DNA of 63,130 bases, the filler included, from Folioceros fuciformis (Eukaryota): assembly GCA_049999805.1 (NCBI GenBank). It is 9 parts of 9 records of this genome, joined end to end, with 100 filler letters (N's around TTAATTAATTAA, not from the genome) between each part and the next. Parts side by side here need not be neighbours in the genome. Positions count along the whole stretch, not along the records: positions 11,529 to 20,562 come from JBNGIO010001590.1; positions 20,663 to 25,432 come from JBNGIO010001591.1; positions 25,533 to 29,490 come from JBNGIO010001592.1; 6 more parts are not named here. The stretch is one strand, 5' to 3'. Shown here in pieces: positions 13,366 through 26,123 of the stretch. The stretch's first letter is position 1. Each line of letters starts with the position of its first letter. The notes beneath the pieces are model-generated. The model saw only the letters and a program-made list of their open reading frames with translations. It searched no databases and was not told where the DNA came from. The position numbers were made by a program, and so were the translations under genes.

Positions 13366-14186
13366 CTAAGTAACGCCCTCGTTTTTTATGCGTAAGAAAG
13401 GAAAGGGGGCTCTACTTAGTTTCAAAAGGGCGCTACTTAGTAGTTGCAAAGGGGGCGGTACTCATTTAGCTCTTTACTCTGTACAAAATAAATACACGAG
13501 CATAGAAATTATAAAATTATCCAAAAATGAGGCTGGCCTTGGCAGAACGTCAGCCACGACGAGCAGACGAGGCTGTCCGGTCCTGGGCCCGTCTGAGTCG
13601 GCTTCGGCATCGGCGTCAGTCGCGTGGCAGCTAGGCAAGTTGAGAGCTTTCACATTGCGGCCTCCGTCCATGCTTAACCTCCCGTCTGGCCGCGCTTTTG
13701 AACCCATTCCTCCCCTGCCTTCTTGGAGGCAGCCATCTTTGGCGAACCAGCTGCAATTTTTCGCATCGAAGTAATGCCAAAATTTCTGCATCTTCAATTT
13801 TGGGCCGTCTCTCGGGTATGTATGTTCGAAAGTTCGTTGCCCCTTGTGAAATCGTGACATGCATGCTCATCCTCACCCGGGCAAGCTCATTATTTCTGGC
13901 AAGTTGTGAAGCTAGGATGGACGTTGGTGTTTTCAGTGCCTGCTGTCCGTTGCTTCGGCCTTTCTTCACTATGAGGGTAGGTAGTCTTCAACAGCTAGCA
14001 CGTGGACGTGCGCTGTCGGGGACACAGTAGGGTCTACGATGATCGTACCACTGACCACGTTTCTGGGCACGCCCTGAGGTTGTGGTGGTCACATGCGTGG
14101 GTCGGCGGTTGCGAGGTCCAGGCTTTTGGTACCAAGTCGGGGGTGTGATCTGAAACGAAGTTGCACTGGATGAATTCAAGAGAGAA

Positions 14187-17100
14187 ATGTGGCTACTTCT
14201 TGTAGCTGCAGGCTCAGGCTATCTCGCAAGATGTTGGCAGAATGCTCTGAAGACCAGGCCGGCCCTCACGGACTGTGCGCAGATCAGCTCAGGTCCTGGA
14301 AGTCCCACCAATTCTGCTGCCACCTCCGGATTTGGTAGTCCTCCTAACACCTGGGAAAAAGGATCGGGAACCAGTAAGGAAGATCCCCAGACTGGGAGGA
14401 AGGCCCATGAACTTCGACGACAACTCTCTTCCGGAGGGAAGCCCTTCCGTGTAAAGGGTCTTGGAAGGAAACTGCTCCATGATTCATGTGGTCAGGGCTC
14501 GTCAAGATTTGCAAAATCTGACGACGGCTTGGATGGGTCTGACGAAAGAAGAAGGTTGCTTGACAATTCCGGCTCGTTTTCTGACGACAATGACACAGGG
14601 AGGAGGAAAAGTGGCACCTGTTGCGGCCTGAGTGGTAGTAAGAGATCCGTCGTTTCAGAGTCAGTAGTGGGGGGGCTGACCACAGTAGGAGGTCGCAGTT
14701 CTCAGGGGGTGACTCCCCACAACCCTGATGTGGATGAAAATGAGAAAGGTCCTTCGTTTCTTTCAGCACCATTCCCTGGCGCCCCTTCTGATCAAGAGGA
14801 GAATACCTTTGAAATAAGCTTGTTAAAGGATGGAATACCCAGCGTTCCAAGCATGTCTTGTGTGAATGGGCCATCTTTATCAGCTTCAACTGGCGACTTC
14901 CTGAAAGGTTTTTCTGTCTCTGAGAAGGCTATTTTCAGAAGATCCGCCAATACTGATGGGTTTGCTCCTCCTCCAAGTGATGCACCCAGCAGCTGTGCAG
15001 ATGCTGCAGGCACCGAGCATTGCTGGGACCTGGAGGAACTTGATAGTCCATCAGCATCTGGTAGTAAATCTGATGTCTGCATCAACAACAGATGGACGCT
15101 CGTACCTTGTGAGAGTGGCAAGCTTGCCGAGGAAGAACCTGGAGGGGAATTGCAAATTCTTGACTCTCAGGCAGCAGGCCTAGGGGTTGGCAGGCCTCAT
15201 GATGCAGGACTTGGGGGGATGAATGACTCATGTTTTGATCAAGCCATCTTCTGCGAAAATGTACAATGTGCCAAGTCAGAGCTCGATGTTTGTTACCAAT
15301 ATCACGAGGAACAAGGTTGCGGTACCACCACAACAGCATATGTTGACTGTCTCGCCACTCCAGAGACTGCCTGTCTGCAGTTATGTGACATAGATCATGG
15401 GCCCAATTTTGAGCCTCCAGGGAAGGTGTTGTTTTCATTCTTTAACGGAAAAAGGGTGAACGACTTCACTAGTGCTGCGTTTAAGGATGGAAATGAAGAT
15501 CCTGGTTTGACATCAGGAAAGAGGAAAAAAGATTTATCCGGTGGAAGGCGAGAGGACGAGCCTGTTCACGAGCCACTTGCAAGCAACTTAAGTTCTGGAT
15601 TGCTGGATCCATCTTTGGGCTGTTTGGGGTTCGATGCTGCCTGGTTCGAGATTCAACCAGATGTGGATGAAAAGTCCAGAAACGGCTGGACGCCTCGGAA
15701 AATCAAAACACCCAGCAGGTGTAATCGAGGAAAGCCTTGTATTCGGAAGGCACGTTGGCTGAAAGGGTCAACTAAAGCAGTATCCTCTTTGGAGAGTTGC
15801 CTGAGGGCTCAGCTTGTCCTTGATACTTCAAACGATCATCACTCTTCTCGTGCACTTTACTTTCAAGCAACTTCTGAAGGAGGAACTCTACCTGGAATGA
15901 GGAACCATACCTCTGACATGGTGCAGGTGCCTGAGGAAGCACAGGAGGAACCCACTGTTGCACAAAAAATGTCCGGAAGAAGTCACAACCCAGGAGCCAA
16001 TGTAGCTGTTGGACTTCCTACTTTCGAGAACCACGTGCAGATGGGAACTGGCACGCAGAGTTCACCCAGAGAATGTAAAAGTAGCAGCTCACAGGTTGCA
16101 CACACAATGTTAGACGTTTCATCGAGGAGCTACCATCCCCTGTCAATTATTGTGAAGAAGCGAAAGACTTCAGAGAATGGCCATACCGTCTCAACCTCCC
16201 TTCAGTTTGAGAGAGAAAGTAGCCCTTTTACAAAAGGTATGAGCAACGCATGCTCTATTTTGCCAATGTCAGGTGCAAGGAGTTATTGAATTTAGTGAAA
16301 GAATACTGACGCGGACGAATCTTTCTTATTGAATGTTCCGATAAGTACTTACTGGACAACGATAGATAGTTTCAGCGTGGTTGCTTTAAAGTGCGGTCAT
16401 TGTTCTATTCCACGAGGTCTCTTTTGATGTCTCACTAGACTGTGATATTCTGTTTAACAGATATGGTTCTTCAACCCATTGATGGCCTGCTCTTCAGCTT
16501 TGGAGTAGGCGTTGGAGTGATGTCGATGGTGAATACAAGTAAAGAAGAAATGGAGAAAATATCAACATTGTTGCGACAATCCCAAGAACATGTCGAACGC
16601 CTGAAGCAAGAGTTAAGGAAAGTTCCTCACGCCCAAGCTGGTGTATTGGTGAAAGCCATATCCAGTGGCAATCCCTCTCCCGATGGGAAGAGCGACCTTA
16701 TGCAGCTGAGAAGAGCTGAACATGTGGAGACAAATAAGTTATTGGCCACCTCCAATGGGTTAGGTTTGGAGGAAGCTAACAGGGCTAGGGGAATGGTTGG
16801 AGTACAGCAGAATGGAGATCACATGGCGGAATTGGAAGCCGAACTTGAAGCAGAGCTGCAGCTTATGGAGCTAAACTTGACTGGGGATAGTTCCTCATGT
16901 CATAGAAGGCAGTTTTCGGGTCTGAGTGATGTGAGTGTCGATTTCAGTCATATTTCTAAGACGTGGCCTCTCTAGGATACTCAGTTGGTCACAATGATCT
17001 GAACTAACATGTTGTGCACTTGGCCATGCAACAGCTGGATCTAGATGGTATTGCCGATGTTGTAGAAGGTGAGCTGAAAGTAACAGGACTGCCAAGGCCA

Positions 17101-19254
17101 GCAGACCCGGATGATGACCAGATCGCGTCAACCCATGATGAGGAGGTGCATCCAAACAACTGGGCTGTGTCTCCAAGGGACTTGGAGAGGCGTCTCCGGA
17201 AGCTTCTTATCACAAGGCAGGAAGAAAATATTGCAGAGTTGGAGGCAGAGCTAGAGGCAGCTGAGGGTAAGCTCAGCAGCAAAGAGAAAGAGCTGCAATG
17301 GTGGAAGGATCGATTTCAGAGGGTGACACAGCTCACGGGTCTATCCAGCAATCCAGGTATGCCACCTTCACCCTCCCCAGACATTTGAGGCTGCTTGTAA
17401 ATTACGACTTTATTTTTAATTGTGTATTTTGATTAACCAAAACAACCTCGGGGAGATATCTTCAAGCATTGTAACTGTAGATCCTCGCCTAATATTGGCC
17501 CATTCTTTGTGCTGTTCTCTTTTCTTGCCTGGTTTGCACAATGTGGCTGGTCACTTCACTTAGGGTGCTTGCCCTGTGGTTCAACAGGAGAAGGCTCCAT
17601 AAGTGCGATACCGTATAGTGAGGACACTGGTGAAGAAAAAGTTGGAGTACAGAGCACTTTTGGTAACCGGGATTTGAAAGTTGAAGGCAAGACTACAGGG
17701 GGTTCACCTGAAGGTCCGAAAAGTGTCGTGTTTGCTGTTGACTTTCTTCTCTCGGAAATATTTCATTTTGCTGTTTTTGACGGTTGATGTACCGCAGGTG
17801 CACCCGTTGAGCACCCTCTGACAGATACAAAGAGAAAATGCTCTGTGGCACGCAGGGCTACTGGAAAAGCCACTTTTACTGAGCATGCAGGATTTGATGC
17901 GGTTCTTTTCTCTGAAGTCCTTGCATCCGAAACAGCCAATGATGATGTCTGTGATGAGTTTCTGAAGGCAGTCATAGAGAGGGAACCAGGTGCTGCCACT
18001 GGGGATGACGAATACGAGTTGGCAAACATGCCATCGCCAATTCCTAACAGATCTCAGGAAGAAAGTCCGTTTGGGAAGCCCAAGCGTGGTCAGGCTCGGA
18101 TGGATACTGGCCGTGGCAGTTTTTCCAACGGCAACAACAATTCCCTAACCCGTATCCTGTACGCTCAAGAGAATAGCGTTTTGGAGACGGCGCAGTTGAC
18201 CCAAGCTGCTTCTTCACCCACTGTTATCAGTTCTCCAACAAGTAAGAAGCAATGGACGACGAGGGTAGATGACGTGTGGGGACCTATGAGGTTGTATGCT
18301 ACAAGATTTGGGAGCGACAACGACGAGCTGCAGGCAACTGCGCGGGGTCAGGACAATGGATGGGGAGCTGGAAGGCTGGACACTGACGTGTATGGTGGTT
18401 CTATGAGTCATGTTCATCCGGATCTGTCGTCAACCTCGCTGGAGCCAGTCGGGAATGCTGCCAGTTTTGGCCCTACTTCAGAGATGGTGGATGTAGACCA
18501 TGCGGAGAGCGTCACGGCGAGCACTGCAGAAGCCAGTGAACGGACTCGGCACTGGAATTCTGGGGCAATAAGTCGTGCCGGTGCAAATACTCCAGTGGAT
18601 AATCTCATGTTGCAGCCGGTAACGAGCACGTCAAAAGAGACCTTTTCGGTGACAACCGACGGGCAGGAGTCGCGTGGCGCTTCATCAGTTCTAGATAAGG
18701 TGAAGCATTGGGAAGGCATGGTAAGACGTGATACTACTGTAGCACTTGGAAGGCTGTCAGACTGGGATGCTCAGTCATGGACCCCAGAATCTGAGCAGGT
18801 GCACCCGCTTGTCAAAGAGGACTTGTTTTTGGGGGCGGAAGCAACACTTGGTGAGATTCTCATCAAACGCATTGTTGAGAAAACTCGAAAGGGTTCTCAC
18901 ATTGTGAAAGTGGCTGAAACGGCACTCAGTACAGGAGATGATAATGGTGAAGTTCTTCCAAGCCAGAATGCTCTCACAGCGCAAGTTGCGGAGGTTTTGG
19001 TCTGCGACAACTACTCTTCTGCAATTTCATCAGCTGGTTACTACGCTCCTCCTGGTGCCAAGGTCGAAGAGGATCGAAATATGGAGATCAGTTCCAGTGA
19101 TGATGATTTTGCAAGGTTCGTGGATTCTTCTCAAACACGGGCTAGACAAGATCTGAAGGGATCTGACCATGAGGATGTGTATGAGACATGTACAGTATCG
19201 AAAGAGCATGCAAATAGTGGGGAAAGATATCACCGGGGAAAACTGGTTCCTTAA
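14187..19254 (+). CDS. POLAR / POLAR-LIKE family coiled-coil scaffold protein; may extend by two short exons to 19484
   Basis: N-terminal MWLLLVAAGSGYLARCWQ, then SSLESCLRAQL, FSFGVGVGVM..KEEMEKISTLLRQSQEHVERLKQEL, MAELEAELEAELQLME, AVSPRDLERRLRKLL..ELEAELEAAE..KEKELQWWKD, and C-terminal LIKRIVEKTRKGS. Exons approx. 14187-16236, 16461-16932, 17035-17356, 17589-17713, 17798-19254. Confidence 0.85.
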
Positions 19255-20247
19255 TGGGGACTTTATTGATCCTAGTGCTTTATCGAGGCAGTGACGTAGC
19301 AAAAGTCAGTGAAGACGAGGAAGGCAAGCACGAGATAAGGAAGGATCATAGAGCCATTAGCGAAGGTGAGGTTGTTTTACTGCAGTTCACTTTTCCCTCC
19401 TTTGACTTCGTGTCGCGGATATTTATTTTTATGCTGGTCCTGACAGGTGCATCCTCTGCCTCATCAGAACAAACTTCTCGTTGACTCCCGTTGGCACCAG
19501 TGTTCCGCATTTGAAGGATTTAGGTGCTATGGGGGTATATTTTTCAGAGTAACTTGGAATGGCTACCTCGTATGCCTACCTAGTCCATACCTCAAAATGC
19601 TGTTACCATATTGTATTTGTACGTAGTCTATAGAACTCTATCGTATGGTAGTTGAAAACGGTGGACTACGCTCCGGTGTTTTCAGTTGCAAAAATTCTGA
19701 TCTTGACAACAACATCCCGGCTGTCCGTGAAGCCGGAATGGAGTTTCTAAATAGTTACCCGAACCCTAAACCTCTCGCTCCCACCGGATCCCTGCCTGCT
19801 CGGGAGGCACGGAGGGTGAGATCCTTTAAGCTGACGTCGGTATCATCGTTAGAAAGGTTTTAGGGTGTGAAATAAAGAGAAACGCAAAAAGTTATATACG
19901 GATTAATTTAATAGTTGCTAAGAGAAGATAAACCTGGATGGTGGAAATTTCACTTTGGAACAAGGTGACATAGGAGAGAATCTCATGTCCATGATGAGGA
20001 AACTCTTAAGCAAACAAACCTTGTAAGTGTGCTTTTTAGGGAAGGCACTGCTTTTAGACATGATGATGCTATTGGAAGCCATGTCTTCAAGGGAGTCTTG
20101 AGTATGTATTGTTTGGACATTTCTTGCAAGATAGACTCTATTGATTCCACAAGATTATCTCCCTTATTACCTTCATAGTCAACCTCTTTCTAATATGCTT
20201 ATTTCAGCCATAAAACAAGCACAAGTTAATTAGCATGTCTCTCAAAA

Positions 20248-20562
20248 GTGTCAACCATGATCGTGTGCTAATCACTTAGGTGCATGCACATAGTAATCAT
20301 TTAAGAATTAATTTATTCTAAATAATAAAATTAATAATAATTAATAAAATATTTATTTAGGACGATTAAAAATATAATACAATATGTCAACCATGATGGT
20401 ATGCTAATCACTTAGGTTATGCACATAGTAATGATTTAATTATTAATCTATACTAATAAGTAACATCAGTGGTAATTAATAAATATTTAGTTAAGATGAG
20501 TAGAAAATATAATCTAATATGTCAACCACGATGGTGTGCTAATCACTTACGTCGTTATACAC
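20248..20562. repeat. AT-rich tandem repeat, ~136-bp unit, at least 2.3 copies running into the gap
   Basis: TGTCAACCAYGATSGTRTGCTAATCACTTA recurs at ~20249, ~20385 and ~20520. Confidence 0.85.
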
Positions 20563-20662
20563 NNNNNNNNNNNNNNNNNNNNNNNNNNNNNNNNNNNNNN
20601 NNNNNNTTAATTAATTAANNNNNNNNNNNNNNNNNNNNNNNNNNNNNNNNNNNNNNNNNNNN
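20563..20662. other. Artificial contig spacer
   Basis: N44-TTAATTAATTAA-N44. Confidence 0.98.
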
Positions 20663-20674
20663 CGTATGGACTGT

Positions 20675-20711
<37 letters not shown>

Positions 20712-20950
20712 GGAACGATGGCTACAACGGTGGTCCAATACCACTCCGGTTTCTACTCTAATCGCCATAGGCGTAGCTGCTTGCCACCGGGCAGATGAAC
20801 TCTTGTTGGCCATCTACAACCGCTTTTGTTGTCGTGCAATTATTGGCTAGCGCTCATTGCAAAGCCATGGAGATGCCTTCGTCACCACCGAAGAAACGGG
20901 AGACACCGGAGCAACGGACATGGTTTCCAACGAACTAAGCAATTGACTAC

Positions 20951-23524
20951 CTATAAGGGGAATGAACCAGTTAGTCGGATGTGTTCCAAAGTGGCCTTCA
21001 AGCCGTGTTTGGTGACCGCCTCCTGGCCCAACCTGAATCCATGGCCATAACAAGGGGATGGATCCAACTGGATCTGGTTCAAGTAGAAGACGCCCAGCCT
21101 CTCAGAAACAGAAGTCCTCGCGGCCGAGGATGCAGCAGCCTCGTGGTTGCCCAACTGAGATGAAAGCCAGTGATATGCCATCACTTGGCACATACCCTCT
21201 TCGACCACGCGCGACAGCCTCGAGAACGAATCTGCGCCTGTGGTGCAGCAAGCGAGCAAGGTGTTGGTTAGTTAAGCAGTTGCAGTGGGACTTACAATTG
21301 GAAAGACCTTGTGTGGGTGATCGGTGGGTACCGTTCAGCCGAAACCAGGCGTGCATCAGCTCGTGTGCCAGGATAGCGCCCGTCAACAATCTGCACAGGG
21401 CACCAACAATGAGTTCAGGCATATCTGCAGACACGACATCTCGAGTATACTCCAGCTTGATTGGAAAGGAAGGAAAAATGTACCTAGGCAGGCCGTAAAG
21501 CACCAGAACTGTAGTTACTGAAGATTCTCGGCTTAGCTTGACGTACTCCGTCCCCTTGCCTGAGAAAGGTGTCCTGGATCCCAGGAACCGTGGGGCTCTC
21601 TTGAAGCTGACCTGCAAAATTTGACCGCTCCAAGCTTAGACAATCGGTGCCGACTGCCCACATCTCGTTCAAGGCTTCTTGGGGTACACAACACAACTTA
21701 CCATGCTGATGGTTTGCTCCTCTGACAGGCAGAGGCCTCTGACTTGAGTAGTGTCACATTTTCCCTGTGAACCAACGGCATCGTGGAAGTCAGAGACACG
21801 TCCCCAGTGGTTCATCAAATTTTCACCTTAGCTGAAATCCCAACTTACTTCTTGTGCCCCGGCATCGTTCAAAGCCTGCCTCTCCACTAAGAGGATTGGT
21901 ATGTCTTGCCGGATTGTCATGTCCAAATTGTGAAAGAATGCCAAGACCTCCCTAATCAGTGGCTGACACTCGTCTGTATCCATTACGCATGTGTCGAGGC
22001 AGTCCAAGCATAGCTTGCGGCCGTCATCAAGCCAGGTGAATGCTGATTCCCTGGGCTGTGTAACACGACGGAACACGTACGTTAGCCTTCATAACAAGAA
22101 TGGCAAGGATGCATGCTACATCACAAGGGCTTACAGCTTGCATTGAGCGGGGACCGAAACTACATGGACTCCACACATTCACACAGTAGGAGAACAGAAC
22201 GAAGATGTCTGATGCTCATCACACCACAGCATGAAAGGCATACCAACCTCAAGTCGTTCGCAGCTGCAGCAGCGATGCGTGCCATCATCGTGATGTGCAG
22301 GGCAGTATTTTTGTCCCCAGAACGGATGAGACAGAAATTCAATCTTATCTCCCTTTACGGGTATCTGCACATACATAGAGGAGTGTCGTCAACCCACAGA
22401 CTGGCAACGGCTACAGCATACGAAAAGGGAAACAGACGAAGACGCATGCCACTTACAAAGAAGGAGCAAACTTCACAACGAGGATGGAACAACTCCTTGT
22501 GGCAATCGATATGGTACGGCTTGTCCTGTGTTGCTACAAACTGCAATTACCACCTATACTCGTCAGACGCTCTAGCCAATGATTCATGCAAGGGAGGAAG
22601 AAGAAAGAGCACAGAAAATGGGCATACCCTCTGTTCTTTGATTTGAGATCCACAATGTCCACAGCGGAAACATTTCGGATGCCAGAAGCCGTTCATACAG
22701 TTTAGAAAGGTTTCGTTCCCAATGGCACGCTGGCATCCAGCACATCTGACGTCTGAGAACCTGTCACAGCGAGATAAACTCAATTGAGTAATGTGAGGGC
22801 GGAGGCTGGCAGAGAGCTAGTAGAAGGTGGAGAGAACTGCTATGCATGCACGACAACTACCTTGGTTTAAAATGTTCAAGAATTGAGGCAGGAGATGGAC
22901 TAATGAGATTTCTAATCACCGGACCAGCCTGATCATCTGAAACTGGTGGGTCTGCTCTCCCCAAGTCCAAGCTAGCTTGTAGACTCCGTGCAAACGCCTC
23001 ATCAGCCTCCAGCTGAGATAGTCTTTCTGGATTCACATGTCAGGTACTCCCGTGTCACGCATGTATAACCTCAAGAACTTTCACGCAGGTGCTTTCCTGC
23101 TAGAGATTCCAACAAGTTTAACGAGTTCCTCGACTACGAACATATATGTAAACCACCGGACGCAAACACATACCAAGCTGCTCCTCTTCGGCCAATGCGA
23201 GGCTAAGAGCTAAGGCTTGATCCTCCTGCTCCTGTCTAACCTTGTCCTGCATCCACCACCAAACTGGTGAATTCCCAACCCCGCCTCCAACGACCAAAAC
23301 GGTGCATACCCTAACGCATTGCACAAACACAATTGAAGAACAGATTCTGCAGCACCCGCTCCTACCAAGCAGAACTGCAATAGTGAAAATTGAAAATGGT
23401 TCTAAAGTCCAGCGTCAGAGCATACCTCATGGTCACGAGAATGTCGATGCACCGAAGAAACACGAGAATCACCTACACTGGAACGATTCCTACTCCCCTT
23501 AACTAGGCGATCAAACCACGTCAT
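20951..23524 (-). CDS. DA1: DA1/DAR-family ubiquitin receptor peptidase (2 UIMs, LIM, LIM-like and zinc metallopeptidase domains), multi-exon
   Basis: Start [11 protein letters not shown] (compare DA1 MGWFNKIFKGS). UIMs [17 protein letters not shown] and [46 protein letters not shown] and [27 protein letters not shown]. Peptidase motif [14 protein letters not shown], then [14 protein letters not shown]; ends [10 protein letters not shown]. Confidence 0.93.
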
Positions 23525-23977
23525 GGTCCCTGTCTACAACCCAAACTCGATCCTTCCCTTCCAAGCTGTCGCAGAACCAGCTCTCAGTCCTTTACTGCAC
23601 AGCAAATCTGAGCTCGCAGCTAATGGAATCTTCTGTTCCTGAAGAGAATCCCCGGATTTGACAGGATTTACTCAGAGTGATAGCTAGGGAGACCGCTTGC
23701 AATGATTGGGAGCTGCACTGATTCAGAGGGCGGGATCTGTTATAGACGCAGACGCTGCAGGAGCCGATGTAGGCGCTGTACACTTCGAGCAAATGGGGAA
23801 TGAGCACCAATAGCGACAGGACGCGTTCGTGAACCGCTCCTCGAAGAAACCAAGACACGGAAACAAACAAACGAAGCTTCGATGAACCGCAGATCAATGT
23901 CGGAAGTGTCTTCCTACGAAGTGATCAGCTTCGAGTGTCATTATGATTTGGTTACCTGTACATATATACTGAAAATA

Positions 23978-24222
23978 TTATTTATGCTCCACCGACGACC
24001 AAGGACGTACGTGTACGTGAATTATTGGTCTCCATCGAGAATTAAGGGCGAACATACATGAATTCTCGAAGAACAAGGATAAATAAATTTAAAAATTATA
24101 TATAAAACTTAAATTATTATATATTAATCATATTATTTTTACTCCACCAAAGACCAAGGATGTCCGTGTGTGTGAATTACTGGTCTTCATCGAAGACTAA
24201 GGACAAAAATTCATGAATTTTC
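23978..24222. repeat. Two diverged ~90-bp direct repeats, each containing an inverted repeat, separated by an AT-rich spacer
   Basis: CTCCACCGACGACCAAGGACGTACGTGTACGTGAATTATTGGTCTCCATCGAG at ~23987 versus CTCCACCAAAGACCAAGGATGTCCGTGTGTGTGAATTACTGGTCTTCATCGAAG at ~24142. Confidence 0.8.
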
Positions 24223-25432
24223 ATGCAGAAAAATATCAAAAAGAAACTTGAGGGGTATATTTCTGGGTACCCCTCAACTTGCCCCGGGTGGAGCGATGCC
24301 CGAAATCGGTGGAATAGCACGGAAGTTTTTTTTGACGCCGTTTTAACATGCTACTATAAATCAAGGGTCGGGTTCTATGAAAACACATTGCACCCATTTT
24401 TTACCATACTAGGGTAGCCAGGGAGCACTGAAGGAAGCCTACTTCCGCCACAGCTCAAACTACACAAATTGGGCAACACCACACCAAGTACCACAATCCA
24501 AAAGTGTGGTCCTATGCATTTTCAAAGACACCACCCGGCTCTAAGTAATTCTCACGACTCAACATCTGGCAGTGAAGATGGAGCATGTGGAAGGCTAGAG
24601 GATGGAAGAAACCACCCCGCATCAAGTGTCCTCTCAAGCGTGGAAGGGTTTTACACATTGTGGTGATCAAAATGGTAGATTTCTAGGTCAGATAGGTGAT
24701 TCTGTACACCTCATAAGTTTCCTCTTGTGTCTCAAGTTCCTTCTAGTTTGCCAACCACGCCACCCAACACACAAATTGCCTCACAAGGAGATGCAATCAT
24801 CTACAGCACACACAGACTACAACCACAAAGACATCAAGCAGAAAACAGAGGGGGACAACAGGGTCACAAGATAATGAAAAACATAGTGATACACTCAGTT
24901 AGACTCTCCTCTCCTCTCCTCTTCCTCTCCTCTTCCTCTCCTCTTCCTCTGTGTCTATGCTGATTGAAGAATCATCAAGCACATCCACAACCTGAAAATA
25001 ATAAGAATCCAACGCTTGAACTAATTTCAAAATATCTTAAAATTTGTGCCATTATTGACAACACAAGGCCGTAGACCGACCGAAATGCCATTAGAAGACG
25101 CCGATATCTTGAGAACTCCCCACCGATGTGGTATGCCGGCACAATGCCAGGTCTCCCATAGTGGAATTCCAAAGTCCTCCTTGCGAAACAAAGGAGGTTG
25201 CCTGCTTAGGGTTTTCGAACCAGTGAAACCCGATGTAAAAAAAAGACAAAAACCACCGAATGGCGTAGGTCAATTTTACAATGCCCCGGCCGGGTTCTTG
25301 CTCTGGTCACATGCGAACCACGCAACCCCGCGGCGACCCCGTGGCTTGCCCCGGTTGGGCATCATGCGAACCTGGCCAATGTAAGCCCGCCTCTAGGAAA
25401 TTTCGCAGCCGGGACCCAGGGTTTCCCGGGAC

Positions 25433-25532
25433 NNNNNNNNNNNNNNNNNNNNNNNNNNNNNNNNNNNNNNNNNNNNTTAATTAATTAANNNNNNNNNNNN
25501 NNNNNNNNNNNNNNNNNNNNNNNNNNNNNNNN
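25433..25532. other. Artificial contig spacer
   Basis: N44-TTAATTAATTAA-N44. Confidence 0.98.
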
Positions 25533-26123
25533 TTCCTTTGCTGTTACCAAGGTGTGGCAGGTTGCTGTGTGCTGTGACAGTCAGAGAGCTCTCACTTGCT
25601 TGCGAGCGTGTCCGACGCCTCCAGTTTAGCGGTAGAGCCGCTGAGTCGGAGGCGGCATCGTGTGATTGCGTGACTGAGAGTGAGCCCTGGGGCTGGTGAA
25701 GTTGCGAGTGTCGTCGGATGTTGCGAATGTACATATACAGGTTACGAGTTTGAGCAGTCTGACTGACTCTGAATTGCAGCAGCCGCGTGCGACGCGGTTG
25801 TGAGGCGAGCCTCCTGGCCCGCGTCGTCTTTCTTGCTTAGCTTTACCACCGCCTGAGATTTCAGGAAGATTGAACTACTTGTAAGCCAGGAGTCCTGCCG
25901 TGTGTGTCACCACAGACAGACAGTGCTTGAGTTGCCGGCTGGACCAGCCTGAGGTTAGGAATTCATGATCCACCTGCGTGCGCATCGTCGCCGCAGTGTC
26001 CGTCAAGTTGCTCTTGTTCACTACTTGAAACCTCCAGCCTCTGACTCATGCGTGCCGCGGCAGTAGTGTCTGGATGGAGTCACAGGCTGGAATTTCAAGA
26101 TCCAGGTAGATGTCAGCCTCGGT

